The translations under genes and the position numbers were made by a program. From an uncultured delta proteobacterium (GTDB lineage: Bacteria > Desulfobacterota > BSN033 > UBA1163): a DNA stretch of 64,000 nt. The stretch spans positions 608,001 to 672,000 of the forward strand of contig CAWHBU010000002.1 of the NCBI GenBank assembly GCA_963827685.1, read 5' to 3'. A model generated the notes under the pieces. The model saw nothing but the letters and a program-made list of their open reading frames with translations, searched no databases and was not told the DNA's origin. Positions 20,382 to 30,714 of the stretch are shown piece by piece. The first letter of the stretch is position 1, and every line of letters begins with the position of its first letter.

Positions 20382-21533
20382 ATGGATTTTAGCCTTTCGA
20401 CCGAGCAAGAGATGGTGAGGGATTTGTGTAGGAATTTTGCGAAGAATGAGATTATGCCAATCGCGGAGGAACTGGATAAGACCGGTCAATTCCCTTATGA
20501 GGTATGGAAAAAAATGGGTGATTTGGGGATTTGCGGCATTCCCTTCCCTCAGGAATGCGGGGGAGGGGGATTGGATTGGCTTTCCATGATCATCGCCATC
20601 GAGGAGATCAGTCGAGGAGATGCCTCTTTGGGAAACTCCCTTTTAGATTCTGTCACGCTCGCGATGAATCTCCTCTGCACCTTCGGAACAGAGGAGCAGA
20701 AAAAGAAATGGCTCATGCCATTGGCCACAGGGGAAAAGATCGGGGCATTTGGTTTGACGGAGCCTCAGGCGGGTTCAGACGCGAGTGCCATTCAAACGAG
20801 AGCGGTCTTGGAGGATGATGAATGGGTCATCAACGGGACCAAACAATTCATCACCAATGCAGGACTTACGCATAATAGTCTGGTAATCATTGCCGCGGTG
20901 ACCGGGGTGGGGGAGAAAGGAAAGAAGAAGGCTTCCAATTTCATCATCCCGACAGGGGTGGGCGGTTACAATTTTGGACAGAAGTATAAGAAGATGGGAT
21001 ATCGATCCTCAGAGACCAGAGAGCTGATTTTTGATGACTGCCGTATTCCAAAAGAAAATATTTTGGGGAACCCTGATAAGGGAATCTCCCAATTTCTGAT
21101 GGCTCTCCAGACCAGTCGAATTGGGTTTGCTGCCCATTCTGTGGGATTGGCTCAGGCCATCTTAGATGTTTCATTGGCTTATGCGAAGGAAAGAAAGCAA
21201 TTTGGCAGAAACATCGGTGAATTTCAAGCCATTCGATTTAAATTGGCGGACATGTTGATGGAGATCGAATTAGCAAGATTGATGGTTTATAAAGCTGCCT
21301 GGCAAAAAGATCAGGATGAGAACTATTTTGCCACTTCCACTTTTGCAAAGATTTTTGCATCGGAGACAGCCAAACGATGTGCTGACAGGGGGGTCCAAAT
21401 CCATGGAGCCTATGGATTGATGGATGAATATCCGATCTCCCGTTACTGGCGCGAGGTAAAATTTGAGGAGATTCTGGAAGGGACCTCAGAAATTCAGAGG
21501 GTCAACATCGCCAGAAGAGTTTTGAAGCTTTAG
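20382..21533 (+). CDS. Acyl-CoA dehydrogenase
   Basis: AFGLTEPQAGSDA, INGTKQFITN, RKQFGR, QIHGAYG, ILEGTSEIQR. Confidence 0.95.
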   Translation: MDFSLSTEQEMVRDLCRNFAKNEIMPIAEELDKTGQFPYEVWKKMGDLGICGIPFPQECGGGGLDWLSMIIAIEEISRGDASLGNSLLDSVTLAMNLLCTFGTEEQKKKWLMPLATGEKIGAFGLTEPQAGSDASAIQTRAVLEDDEWVINGTKQFITNAGLTHNSLVIIAAVTGVGEKGKKKASNFIIPTGVGGYNFGQKYKKMGYRSSETRELIFDDCRIPKENILGNPDKGISQFLMALQTSRIGFAAHSVGLAQAILDVSLAYAKERKQFGRNIGEFQAIRFKLADMLMEIELARLMVYKAAWQKDQDENYFATSTFAKIFASETAKRCADRGVQIHGAYGLMDEYPISRYWREVKFEEILEGTSEIQRVNIARRVLKL

Positions 21534-21554
21534 AAAGGGATCCCAACTCCTTGC

Positions 21555-22331
21555 TTATTGATCATTGGTTCCTCTTTCCACATAAGCGTAAGCACTGTGA
21601 TTATGAATCGACTCAAAGTTTTCAGATTCCACAGTAAACCAGGTGATGTTCCCATCTCTTTTTAAACGTTTGGCTATCTCCCTCACCACATCCTCGACAA
21701 ACATCGGGTTCTCGTAGGCTTTTTCCGTCACATATTTTTCATCCGGCCTTTTTAGGATGGAATAAAGATCACAGGAGGCGCATTCCTCAACCAACTGGAT
21801 GATGTCTTCAATCCAAATGAACTTTTTAAATCGCAGATTGACCGTGACCAGGGACCTTTGATTGTGTGCCCCGAATTGGCTGATCTCTTTTGAGCAAGGG
21901 CATACAGTGGTAATCGGAACGACGATCCCAACGGAAAAGTCTTCTTTCTCGTTGCTCGAGCCGCAGAACCGACAGATATACTCCATCAAGCTCTTGGACT
22001 TCGTCACAGGAGCTTCTTTTTCGATGAAATAAGGGAATTCTACTTCCAGGTGAGCGGTCTTGGCTCTCAGCTTCCGTTTAACTTCTGTCAGGATTTTTGA
22101 GAAGGTCTTGATGGCAATATCCCCCTTGTATTTGTTGAGAATTTCCACAAAACGGCTCATATGGGTCCCCTTGAAGCGATGAGGAAGGTCGACAAACATA
22201 TTGACGTTGGCGACCGTGTGCTGGAAGCCTTTTGCTTTATCCAAAACCGTGATGGGATAACGGATATTCTTTACCCCGACTTTATTGATCTCAATTCTTC
22301 GATGATCCCTTTGATTCTGAATATCATTCAT
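21555..22331 (-). CDS. folE2: GTP cyclohydrolase IB
   Basis: GTHMSRF, TTVCPCSK, GAHNQRS, ESIHNHSA. Confidence 0.95.
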   Translation of the reverse strand: MNDIQNQRDHRRIEINKVGVKNIRYPITVLDKAKGFQHTVANVNMFVDLPHRFKGTHMSRFVEILNKYKGDIAIKTFSKILTEVKRKLRAKTAHLEVEFPYFIEKEAPVTKSKSLMEYICRFCGSSNEKEDFSVGIVVPITTVCPCSKEISQFGAHNQRSLVTVNLRFKKFIWIEDIIQLVEECASCDLYSILKRPDEKYVTEKAYENPMFVEDVVREIAKRLKRDGNITWFTVESENFESIHNHSAYAYVERGTNDQ

Positions 22332-22333
22332 GG

Positions 22334-22705
22334 TTACCTCCCGAAATAGGTGGCGCTGGAAGTCTCCGACTCCCATGCCGTCACCTTTTTAAGGGTCCCA
22401 GGATATCCCTTCAACTCACTTTTCAGTCTATCAAAAATATATTTTGCAATATTTTCAGAAGAGGGTTCAATCCCTGAAAAAAAAGGAAGGTCATTGAGGT
22501 AAGTATGATCCAGAGGCTTCAAGACTTTTTCAAGCTTTTGTTTCAAGATTCCGAAATCGATTGCCACCCCTTCCTTCCCTAATCGGTTGGACACGACAGA
22601 GACCTCCACCTTCCAATTATGACCGTGAAGTTCTTCGCATTTTCCGTGAAGATAACGTAATCGATGGGCACCTGAGAAGTGGGAACGAACGGAGATCTCA
22701 TACAT
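22334..22705 (-). CDS. queD: 6-carboxytetrahydropterin synthase
   Basis: FSGAHRL, CEELHGHNW, LDHTYLN, SSENIA. Confidence 0.94.
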   Translation of the reverse strand: MYEISVRSHFSGAHRLRYLHGKCEELHGHNWKVEVSVVSNRLGKEGVAIDFGILKQKLEKVLKPLDHTYLNDLPFFSGIEPSSENIAKYIFDRLKSELKGYPGTLKKVTAWESETSSATYFGR

Positions 22706-22768
22706 CGCTACTTTCCTTTCTATAAATATCAGAGGGTAGGGAAGGTATAGATGCGTTCCCTACAACGT

Positions 22769-24136
22769 TTAATCCACCAATATTATCCTCACATCCATAA
22801 CATTGGTGTGAGTCGGTCCGGTGATCAAAAGGTCTCCTAATTTTTGAAAAAAAGGGTAAGCATCGTTGTTCTCAAGATGGACCTTGGGATTGAGACCCAT
22901 AGCTTTCGCTCTCTGAACGGTAGTATGGTCAGCCAGCGCCCCTGTAGCATCCGTGGGTCCGTCCGTTCCATCTGTTCCTCCACTCAGAAGGATCACCCTT
23001 TCAATCCCGCTGATCTCTAAAGCTCCTGTCAAGACAAATTCCTGGTTTCTTCCTCCGAGACCATTGCCCTTTATGGTGACAGTGGTTTCGCCTCCGGAAA
23101 GAATGCAGGCAGGCCTTGGGATTGGGTTCCCACTGGAAAGCACTTCTTTTGCAATAGCCGTATGAAATCGAGATGCCTCTCGGGTCTCACCTTCAATCGA
23201 AGAAGAGAGAATGACGGTGTTAAACCCAAGGGATTCAGCCTCCTTTTTCGCTTCCAGGAGGGCAAGGATATTCGATCCAATAAGGCTATTGTAAACTTTC
23301 TCGAAGACGATCTCTCCAGGTTTTGGTGTCTCTTCAACCTTCCCTTCTTTTCCTGATCGGAGACGTTTTTGAATCGAAGGGGAGATTTCGTTAAGCAAAT
23401 CATATTTTTTCAAGATCTCCCATGCCTCTTCAAAGGTGGAGGGGTCGGGAACAGTAGGGCCAGAGCCGATGACATCCAATTGATCTCCCACGACATCGGA
23501 CAGGATGAACGCGATGACTGTGGAAGGATAAGCCCACTTGGCAAGCCATCCTCCTTTCATCATGGAGATATGTTTGCGGATCGTGTTGATTTCTTTAATA
23601 TCTGCACCACAATCGAGAAGGAGTTGGGTCACCTCTTGTTTTTCTCTGAGATCGATGTGGTCGGCTGGAAATGGAAGGAGTGCTGAGCCGCCCCCTGAAA
23701 GGAGAAAAATCACCAAGTCTTTGGGTCCCGATTCTTTCAGCAGACGCTGGATCTTTCTTGCTCCCTCGTAGCCCTTCTGATCAGGAATGGGATGTCCTGC
23801 TTCAATAATCTTAGTTTTTTTAAGAGGGAGCAGATGTCCATATTTTGTGGTGATTACTCCTTTTGTCAACCGATCTCCAAAGATTTCTTCAATCGCCTGG
23901 GCCATAGAAGTGGAGGCTTTCCCAGAACCGACAAGGAATATCTTATCAAAGGCATTTAAATCAAAGACCTTTTCTAAATCCCCTTCCATCCTGACGGATA
24001 GACGATCCCTTTGAATTCGAATTCTATCTTTCAGGATTTTGGATGGGACGACTGCGGAGAGGGCTTTTAAAAAGATGGCCTTCGCCATTCTCTTCATTTC
24101 ATCCAAAGAAAAAGTTCCCAAAGACAGATCCTCCAT
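22769..24136 (-). CDS. Glycerate 2-kinase (MOFRL/TtuD family)
   Basis: GSGKAS, LSGGGSAL, GGETTV, GGRNQE, GTDGTDG, TNVMD. Confidence 0.93.
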   Translation of the reverse strand: MEDLSLGTFSLDEMKRMAKAIFLKALSAVVPSKILKDRIRIQRDRLSVRMEGDLEKVFDLNAFDKIFLVGSGKASTSMAQAIEEIFGDRLTKGVITTKYGHLLPLKKTKIIEAGHPIPDQKGYEGARKIQRLLKESGPKDLVIFLLSGGGSALLPFPADHIDLREKQEVTQLLLDCGADIKEINTIRKHISMMKGGWLAKWAYPSTVIAFILSDVVGDQLDVIGSGPTVPDPSTFEEAWEILKKYDLLNEISPSIQKRLRSGKEGKVEETPKPGEIVFEKVYNSLIGSNILALLEAKKEAESLGFNTVILSSSIEGETREASRFHTAIAKEVLSSGNPIPRPACILSGGETTVTIKGNGLGGRNQEFVLTGALEISGIERVILLSGGTDGTDGPTDATGALADHTTVQRAKAMGLNPKVHLENNDAYPFFQKLGDLLITGPTHTNVMDVRIILVD

Positions 24137-24253
24137 TTTAACTATTTGAAATTTATAACTCTATCCGCCTTTTTAGTCAATCCTCGAGTTTTACACTTAA
24201 TCCCCTTTCTGTTATAGTAAGGTAACGAAGTTTCGGAAGGATTTAAAGAATAG

Positions 24254-25593
24254 ATGGAGCTACCCCTTCGATACATCCTGACTGTCTCAGAACTTACCCG
24301 GGAGATCAAAGATATTCTTGAAGATAGATTTCCTGATGTCTGGATCGAGGGAGAGATTTCGAACCTTCGGATTCCTCCTTCCGGGCACATCTACTTCACT
24401 TTGAAAGATGATTTCAGCCAGATTCGTGCCGTCCTCTTTAAGATGCAGGCTCGGACTCTTCGATTCGTCCCTGAAGATGGGCTTCACATCATCGGGAGAG
24501 GAAGAGTCAGCCTCTATGAAAAGAGGGGAGACTATCAGCTGATTTTGGAATCGATTGAGCCCAAAGGGATGGGAGCCCTTCAGTTGGCTTTTCTCCAATT
24601 GAAAGAGAAACTTGAGAGGGAAGGACTTTTTGATCCGACTCTAAAAAAAACAATCCCAATGATTCCACAAAAAATTGGAATCGTCACATCTCCCACCGGA
24701 GCCGTCATCCAGGATATGCTCCATATTCTCGAGAGACGATTTAAAAATCTTCATATCCTTCTTTATCCGGTTCGGGTTCAAGGGGAGGGGGCGTCATCAG
24801 AGATCGCTGAGGCCATAAATTATTTCAATAGGTTTACAGATGCGGATGTCATGATCGTTGGCCGGGGAGGAGGATCGCTCGAAGACCTATGGGCTTTTAA
24901 TGAGGAGGTGGTGGCCAGGGCCATTTATCGCTCCAAAACCCCGATCATTTCTGCGGTAGGACACGAGACCGACTACACCATCGCAGATTTTGTAGCCGAT
25001 TTAAGAGCCCCACACCCTCTGCTGCCGCAGAATTGGTGGTCAGGGATAAAAGGGAAATAAAAAACGTCCTGCACTATTTAGAGAGCCGTTTGGAGAATCA
25101 AACGCTGCAAATGTTACAAGAATATCGAACCCATTTATCCCATCTTAAAAAGATTTTTAAAGAACCTGGAAAGAGGGTTGAAGAGTATTTTTTAAGGCTG
25201 GATGATTTTGCCAACCGACTGCGTCTTTTGGCATCATGGACTCTTAGAAGAAAGGGAGAACAGTGCCTGCATCTCAGTGAAGGTCTACTCCTCCGAAATC
25301 CAATGCAAAGGGTAAAAACCATCCGATCATCTATTTGGGAGGCAAGGAAGCGTCTGGAGCAAAACGTGAAGTATTCCATTGAGATTCAACGGCAGAGAGT
25401 TGGAGGGACTTTGGGAAAGTTAGATTCATTAAGCCCCTTATCTATTCTCAAAAGGGGATATAGTATTACACGTAAGCTCCCTTCGCTGCAAATTTTAAGG
25501 GATGCTTCCGACGTGAAAGAGGGGAATAAGGTGGAGGTGAGACTCTATGAAGGGATCTTGCTCTGCGGTGTGGAAAAAACGGAAAAGGCTTGA
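24254..25593 (+). pseudogene. xseA: Exodeoxyribonuclease VII large subunit, frameshifted near 25008-25011
   Basis: Two ORFs; the conserved [10 protein letters not shown] is restored by one extra C in the C4 run. Confidence 0.9.
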
Positions 25594-25619
25594 CGATCAA
25601 AGCTTTAAAGATATAAAAT

Positions 25620-26947
25620 CAGTGCTGTCCGGTTAAGAATTGAATAAAGACAATTGGTTACAGAAATCGGGTTTTTTAATATCATCAAAAAAACCTGAAA
25701 GCACCTGATAAATGGGGTTTTTCTCGAATAAAGTGATGCTCAAGATTTGCAGGATTTCGTTGAGACTTCGGTCGAGTTTCAATTCTTTCTTGATAATAGC
25801 GGAGAGAACATAAATACTTATTGCAATCCAGATTTGGGTTTTCACTGCATTCTCGGAGGTTCCATAAAAGGATTTGATTCGAAGGTGCTGTTTGATCCAC
25901 TTGAAGAAGAGTTCCACCTGCCAGCGGCATTTGTACAGTTGGGTAATGGTCAGAGGGTTGAGCATAAAATTGTTTGTCAGGAATACGAATCGTTTGGACG
26001 TTACGATATCGAAATAGCTGATCCGGCGAAGGGGATCGGGATATTCCTGGGAGGTCTTTGGGCCATTGAGAAGAATCGTTTGATCGCTTCGGAGTCCCGT
26101 GGTTTTGTCGACGAGGCGGTAGCTTCGACGAGTGCAATCGAGATTTCTCTTGGCGCGAATGATAAAGAAGGCTGAATGGAGGGCGAACACATACAGGCGG
26201 GCAAAATCGATATAGCCGCGATCCATAATGTAAAAAGAGCCAGGCTCTAAGATCAATTGGTCGAGGAGATTGACGTCGTGAACATTGCCTTCGGTAACGC
26301 GGATAAAGCAGGGGATACTGCCATGGAGGTCCATCAGCGTATGGAGTTTGATGGCGCCTTTGCGTTTGCGAAAATGGGCCCAAGGAAAAAGCGAGAGACA
26401 GAGATCGATCGTCGTCGAATCGAAGGCATAGGCGGCTTGATCCAAGAGCACGCCGAAATCTTCTTTGGCATACAGGTACCTTGCTCTTCGGATCAGCACT
26501 TGAGCAAAATCGGCGTAGATCCGCCAGTCTCTGTTTTCGTTGGCTTCGGCCAGGGTGCTTCGAGCGACTTTGCTCCGAATCCCTACATGGTAGAGTTTGG
26601 ACTGCAAGGCGCGCAAGCACGTTTCGGTCTCGCGAAGACTTTCTCGGTAAGTAAGCTGGGCGAAGGCCATGCAGAGAAATTGATCGAAACAGGAAAATCT
26701 TCGGACTCGGTAATTGCCTTGGTATCTTCGCACACACTTGTTGAATTCGTGTTTGGGCAGAAAGTTTATGAGTTGTGAAAAGATCATTCGTCCACAGTGC
26801 ATTGACCATTCCTTTCCACTCTGAGATGGAAGTATTATGGCCAATAAAAGCAGACGATCTGAAATCGAAAACGGTCATTGTTATGTTTATCCTATTAACA
26901 TTGTTTAACATTGTCAGTTTTTAAAAATCCTTAACCGGACAGTACTG
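25620..26947 (-). mobile_element. IS4-family insertion sequence, 1328 bp
   Basis: Terminal IRs CAGTGCTGTCCGGTTAAG / CTTAACCGGACAGTACTG (17/18 match); 9-bp target duplication ATATAAAAT at 25611-25619 and 26948-26956. Confidence 0.96.
25633..26802 (-). CDS. IS4-family DDE transposase (DUF4372 + DDE_Tnp_1)
   Basis: DSTTIDL, MDRGY, YKCRWQVELFFKWIKQ. Confidence 0.96.
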   Translation of the reverse strand: MHCGRMIFSQLINFLPKHEFNKCVRRYQGNYRVRRFSCFDQFLCMAFAQLTYRESLRETETCLRALQSKLYHVGIRSKVARSTLAEANENRDWRIYADFAQVLIRRARYLYAKEDFGVLLDQAAYAFDSTTIDLCLSLFPWAHFRKRKGAIKLHTLMDLHGSIPCFIRVTEGNVHDVNLLDQLILEPGSFYIMDRGYIDFARLYVFALHSAFFIIRAKRNLDCTRRSYRLVDKTTGLRSDQTILLNGPKTSQEYPDPLRRISYFDIVTSKRFVFLTNNFMLNPLTITQLYKCRWQVELFFKWIKQHLRIKSFYGTSENAVKTQIWIAISIYVLSAIIKKELKLDRSLNEILQILSITLFEKNPIYQVLSGFFDDIKKPDFCNQLSLFNS

Positions 26948-27028
26948 ATATAAAATATATATTTGGGTCAAATTTCTTGAGCCTCCATCCACTGGCTTGG
27001 GGGCAGGCAGGGCACGCAAGGGGTGGGA

Positions 27029-27352
27029 ATGCCAAAAGAAAAATTTGAAGATGCGCTCAATAAACTGGAAAAAATCGTTTCTAAATTAGAGGAAGGGGAT
27101 ATTCCTCTGGAAGAGTCATTGAAACTCTTTGAAGAAGGAATCCGACTTTCGCGATTTTGTAACCAGAGGCTGGATGAGGCAGAGAAGAAAGTGGAGATTC
27201 TTTTGAAGGGGAAGGATGGAGTGCTTAAGGCACATCCTTTTGATCCTTCGGCAAGCTCAGGACAAGCTCCTTCGATAAACTCGGGACAACCTTCTTCGGT
27301 CGGCTCAGGTCAGACTCCTCTGGCTGACTCGGAGGAGGAAGAGGAAGAATAG
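27029..27352 (+). CDS. xseB: Exodeoxyribonuclease VII small subunit with repeat-derived C-terminal extension
   Basis: FEDALNKLEKIV..LE.G..PLEESL..FEEG. Confidence 0.94.
   Translation: MPKEKFEDALNKLEKIVSKLEEGDIPLEESLKLFEEGIRLSRFCNQRLDEAEKKVEILLKGKDGVLKAHPFDPSASSGQAPSINSGQPSSVGSGQTPLADSEEEEEE
27244..27315 (+). repeat. Three tandem 24-bp units inside xseB
   Basis: tccttcggcaagctcaggacaagc / tccttcgataaactcgggacaacc / ttcttcggtcggctcaggtcagac. Confidence 0.75.
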
Positions 27353-27409
27353 GTTTGGATGGATATGAGGGGATTCCTTTCAAGAGAATATTGATTAAAG
27401 GAATAGTGA

Positions 27410-29362
27410 ATGATGACAAGAATGTTAGATCAAATACACGCGTCTCACGATGTTAAGAAATTAGACCCTGAGGAGTTGGAGAGTCTCTGCCATGAGATAC
27501 GGGAAGAGATCATCTCCGTTGTTTCGAAAAACGGAGGACACCTGGCTTCGAATCTCGGGGTGGTAGAGCTGACCACTGCCCTCCACTATGTTTTCGACTT
27601 TCCAAGGGACAAAATCATATGGGATGTGGGCCATCAAAGCTACGTCCATAAGCTTTTAACAGGGAGAAAGGATCGCTTCCATACTCTGAGACAATACGAA
27701 GGGATAAGTGGTTTTCCGAAAAGGGAAGAGAGCCCTTATGACGCCTTCGATTCCGGCCATAGCGGGACTTCTATCTCCTCAGCTCTTGGGATGGCAGAGG
27801 CCCGAAGGCTCAGAGGCGAAGAGGGAAGGGTCATCGCGGTGATCGGGGACGGGTCCATGACCGCAGGTCTTGCCTTTGAAGGCCTTAATCAAACAGGACA
27901 TATTGACCAAGATCTCATTGTTATCCTGAATGACAATGAGATGTCCATCTCTCCGAATGTCGGAGCCCTCTCCTCTTATCTGAACCGACTCATGACGGGT
28001 CAATTCGCATACCGTTTCCGAAATGAGATAAAGAATTTTTTGGAAAGCCTTCCTCCTCGGATCGGGAAGAAACTCCTTCGTTTTGCCAAACACGCAGAGG
28101 AGTCGCTAAAAGGTCTCTTAATCCCTGGACTCCTTTTTGAAGAATTGGGTCTGCAATATATCGGACCGATCGACGGCCATCGTATGGATTACCTGATTGA
28201 GACGTTTCAGAATATTAAGAAATTGCGAGGACCCATTCTCGTCCATGTGATCACCCAAAAGGGAAAAGGGTATCTCCCTGCAGAGATGAATCCTGACCGC
28301 TTTCATGGCGTCCCACCCTTTGTCATCGAGACGGGAGAACTCAGAAGCGGTCAAAACAATCCTCCTACTTATACGGATGTTTTTGGAGAAACGCTCTGCC
28401 AACTGGCGAAGGAGAATAAGCGGCTGATCGCTGTCACGGCTGCCATGCAGAGCGGAACAGGTCTGGAGGAATTTGCGAGGCAGTTTCCTGATCGATTTTA
28501 TGATATTGGCATCGCCGAACAGCATGCGGTTACTTTTGCGGCAGGGCTTGCTCTCGAGGGTATGAAGCCTGTGGTCGCCATTTATTCCACTTTTTTGCAG
28601 AGGGCTTACGACCAGGTCCTTCAGGATGTTTGTCTGCAGAACCTTCCCGTCGTCTTTGCATTAGACCGTGGAGGAATTGTGGGAGAAGATGGTCCGACTC
28701 ACCACGGTCTGTTTGATTTCTCTTATCTCCGTCACATCCCCAATCTTATCATCATGGTTCCCAAAGATGAAAACGAATTTCAACATATGATCAAGACCGC
28801 AACCGAGTGCCCTTTCCCGGCGGCATTCCGGTATCCGAGGGGAAGAGGGGTAGGAGTGAAGAGAGACGCGTCCCTTCAATCGATTGACCTTGGAAAAGGA
28901 GAGGTTCTGAGAGAGGGGCAGCACATTCTCATCATCGCTATTGGTACCACGGTTTATCCCTCACTCCGCGCCGCAGAAAAGTTGGCGGACACCGGGATTC
29001 AGGCAACCGTGATCAATAGTCGGTTTCTAAAGCCTCTGGATGGAAACCTCCTTTGCGATTGGGCGATGAGGACCGGGAAAGTCCTTACCGTTGAGGAGAA
29101 TGTTCTCCAGGGAGGCTTCGGAAGTGCGGTGCTCGAGCTTTTTCAAGAGAGAGGTCTGATTTCTATTCAAGTGAAGCGATTAGGGATCCCCGACATCTTC
29201 GTAGAACATGGGCCACAAGCTCTGCTCAGAGAAAAATATGGAATTGATGAGAATGGAATTTTTAAAGGGGTAAAGAAGATGTTTGAAGAAGAATGGTCAG
29301 GGTCTATTCATACGAACCAGTCTGAAACCTCCATGGGTGGAGATTTTCCTAACCCCAAATAG
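27410..29362 (+). CDS. dxs: 1-deoxy-D-xylulose-5-phosphate synthase
   Basis: [35 protein letters not shown]. Confidence 0.98.
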   Translation: MMTRMLDQIHASHDVKKLDPEELESLCHEIREEIISVVSKNGGHLASNLGVVELTTALHYVFDFPRDKIIWDVGHQSYVHKLLTGRKDRFHTLRQYEGISGFPKREESPYDAFDSGHSGTSISSALGMAEARRLRGEEGRVIAVIGDGSMTAGLAFEGLNQTGHIDQDLIVILNDNEMSISPNVGALSSYLNRLMTGQFAYRFRNEIKNFLESLPPRIGKKLLRFAKHAEESLKGLLIPGLLFEELGLQYIGPIDGHRMDYLIETFQNIKKLRGPILVHVITQKGKGYLPAEMNPDRFHGVPPFVIETGELRSGQNNPPTYTDVFGETLCQLAKENKRLIAVTAAMQSGTGLEEFARQFPDRFYDIGIAEQHAVTFAAGLALEGMKPVVAIYSTFLQRAYDQVLQDVCLQNLPVVFALDRGGIVGEDGPTHHGLFDFSYLRHIPNLIIMVPKDENEFQHMIKTATECPFPAAFRYPRGRGVGVKRDASLQSIDLGKGEVLREGQHILIIAIGTTVYPSLRAAEKLADTGIQATVINSRFLKPLDGNLLCDWAMRTGKVLTVEENVLQGGFGSAVLELFQERGLISIQVKRLGIPDIFVEHGPQALLREKYGIDENGIFKGVKKMFEEEWSGSIHTNQSETSMGGDFPNPK

Positions 29363-29423
29363 ATTTAGGCAATTTGTGACCCCTCAAACGGACAGGACGT
29401 CTTATCAAGTTCATCCCTGTGAA

Positions 29424-30200
29424 ATGGTGAGAAAAGAGCGTTTCGACAAACTTTTAGTAGAGAAAGGGATGGTACAAAGCCGTGAAAAGGCTATGGCCTT
29501 GATCATGGCAGGGAAAGTGGCTGTCGCAGGGAAGAGGATCGATAAACCTGGGATTCAACTAAATGTAGACGCCCAGCTCGAACTTCATGGAGGGGATTCC
29601 TCTTATGTGAGTCGGGGGGGCGAAAAAATGGAAGGTGCCCTCAAGACGTTTGGCGTTGATCCCAAGGGAATGGTCGCGATGGATGTAGGGGCTTCTACCG
29701 GAGGGTTCACAGATTGTATTCTTCAGAAAGGGGCAAACAAAGTTTATGCCGTGGATGTTGGATATGGGCAGCTGGCATGGAGACTTCAAAAAGACCCTCG
29801 AGTCGTGAACCTGGAGAGGAGAAACATTCGTTATCTAAAGAGGGAGGAGGTTCGAGAGGAAATAGATTTGATCCTTATTGATACCTCTTTCATATCCATC
29901 GAAAAATTTCTTCCTCATCTCCTCGGGTTTCTTAAAAAAGGAGGTGCCATTCTCAGCCTCATCAAACCCCAATTTGAGGTGAAAAAGGGAGAGGTGGGCA
30001 GAGGAGGGGTGGTGAGAGACAAGGCGTTGCATGAAAAAGTGATTGAAAGGATTTCAAACTTCAGTCGAGGACTGGGACTGAAAGTTCTGGGTGTCACGGA
30101 GTCTCCACTGCTCGGCCCCAAAGGGAATAAGGAGTTTTTCATTTACCTGAAAAAAGAGAATGAAGAGGATGGGCAAAACCAAGGAACCCGAACCGGCTAA
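29424..30200 (+). CDS. tlyA: TlyA family rRNA methyltransferase
   Basis: S4 domain, YVSRGGEK, DVGASTGGFTD, LIKPQFE, GPKGN.EF. Confidence 0.94.
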   Translation: MVRKERFDKLLVEKGMVQSREKAMALIMAGKVAVAGKRIDKPGIQLNVDAQLELHGGDSSYVSRGGEKMEGALKTFGVDPKGMVAMDVGASTGGFTDCILQKGANKVYAVDVGYGQLAWRLQKDPRVVNLERRNIRYLKREEVREEIDLILIDTSFISIEKFLPHLLGFLKKGGAILSLIKPQFEVKKGEVGRGGVVRDKALHEKVIERISNFSRGLGLKVLGVTESPLLGPKGNKEFFIYLKKENEEDGQNQGTRTG

Positions 30201-30714
30201 ACTTTTTATGAGCGTCATTACTTTAGAAAATGACATCTTTCATCAGGGAGTGAATGACCTCCGGTCAGCCTTTGGCGAGGCCGATAGTATCAGTGAAAGG
30301 TTTCCCTTTGATTTTACCGATTATTACTCCAAGGAGATGGGAAAGCCTCTATTCCGTCACTTCATTACTTTCCAACGCCTCATACCGATCCCCATCCTTC
30401 CTGATATTAAACGGACTACCAATCACCTTGAAGAAACCTATATGACTCCTCATGGGGATCGCCGACTCAACATCGACCCGGGATACATCTGTTTAGAGCA
30501 TGTGATCCTCGCTACGACCAAGGGGTATACCCATCGGCCCTATCTCAGGGATGGCATTTATGCTGATTTAACGTTAATCTATCGGAATAAGTCCTTTCAA
30601 CCCTTGGAGTGGACCTATCCCGACTATCGACAAAAGGGGGTCATCACGCTCTTTAACCAATTTCGAAAAAAATACTTGGAAAATTTAAGAGGAGGAGAAC
30701 ACCATCCATGTTGA
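30160..30714 (+). CDS. DUF4416 family protein
   Basis: TDYYSKEMG, R.LNIDPGY, WTYPDY. Confidence 0.82.
   Translation: MKRMGKTKEPEPAKLFMSVITLENDIFHQGVNDLRSAFGEADSISERFPFDFTDYYSKEMGKPLFRHFITFQRLIPIPILPDIKRTTNHLEETYMTPHGDRRLNIDPGYICLEHVILATTKGYTHRPYLRDGIYADLTLIYRNKSFQPLEWTYPDYRQKGVITLFNQFRKKYLENLRGGEHHPC

Noticed and set aside
27353-27409. Missing ispA between xseB and dxs
   Set aside because: No remnant is visible and relocation of ispA is common; nothing further can be supported.
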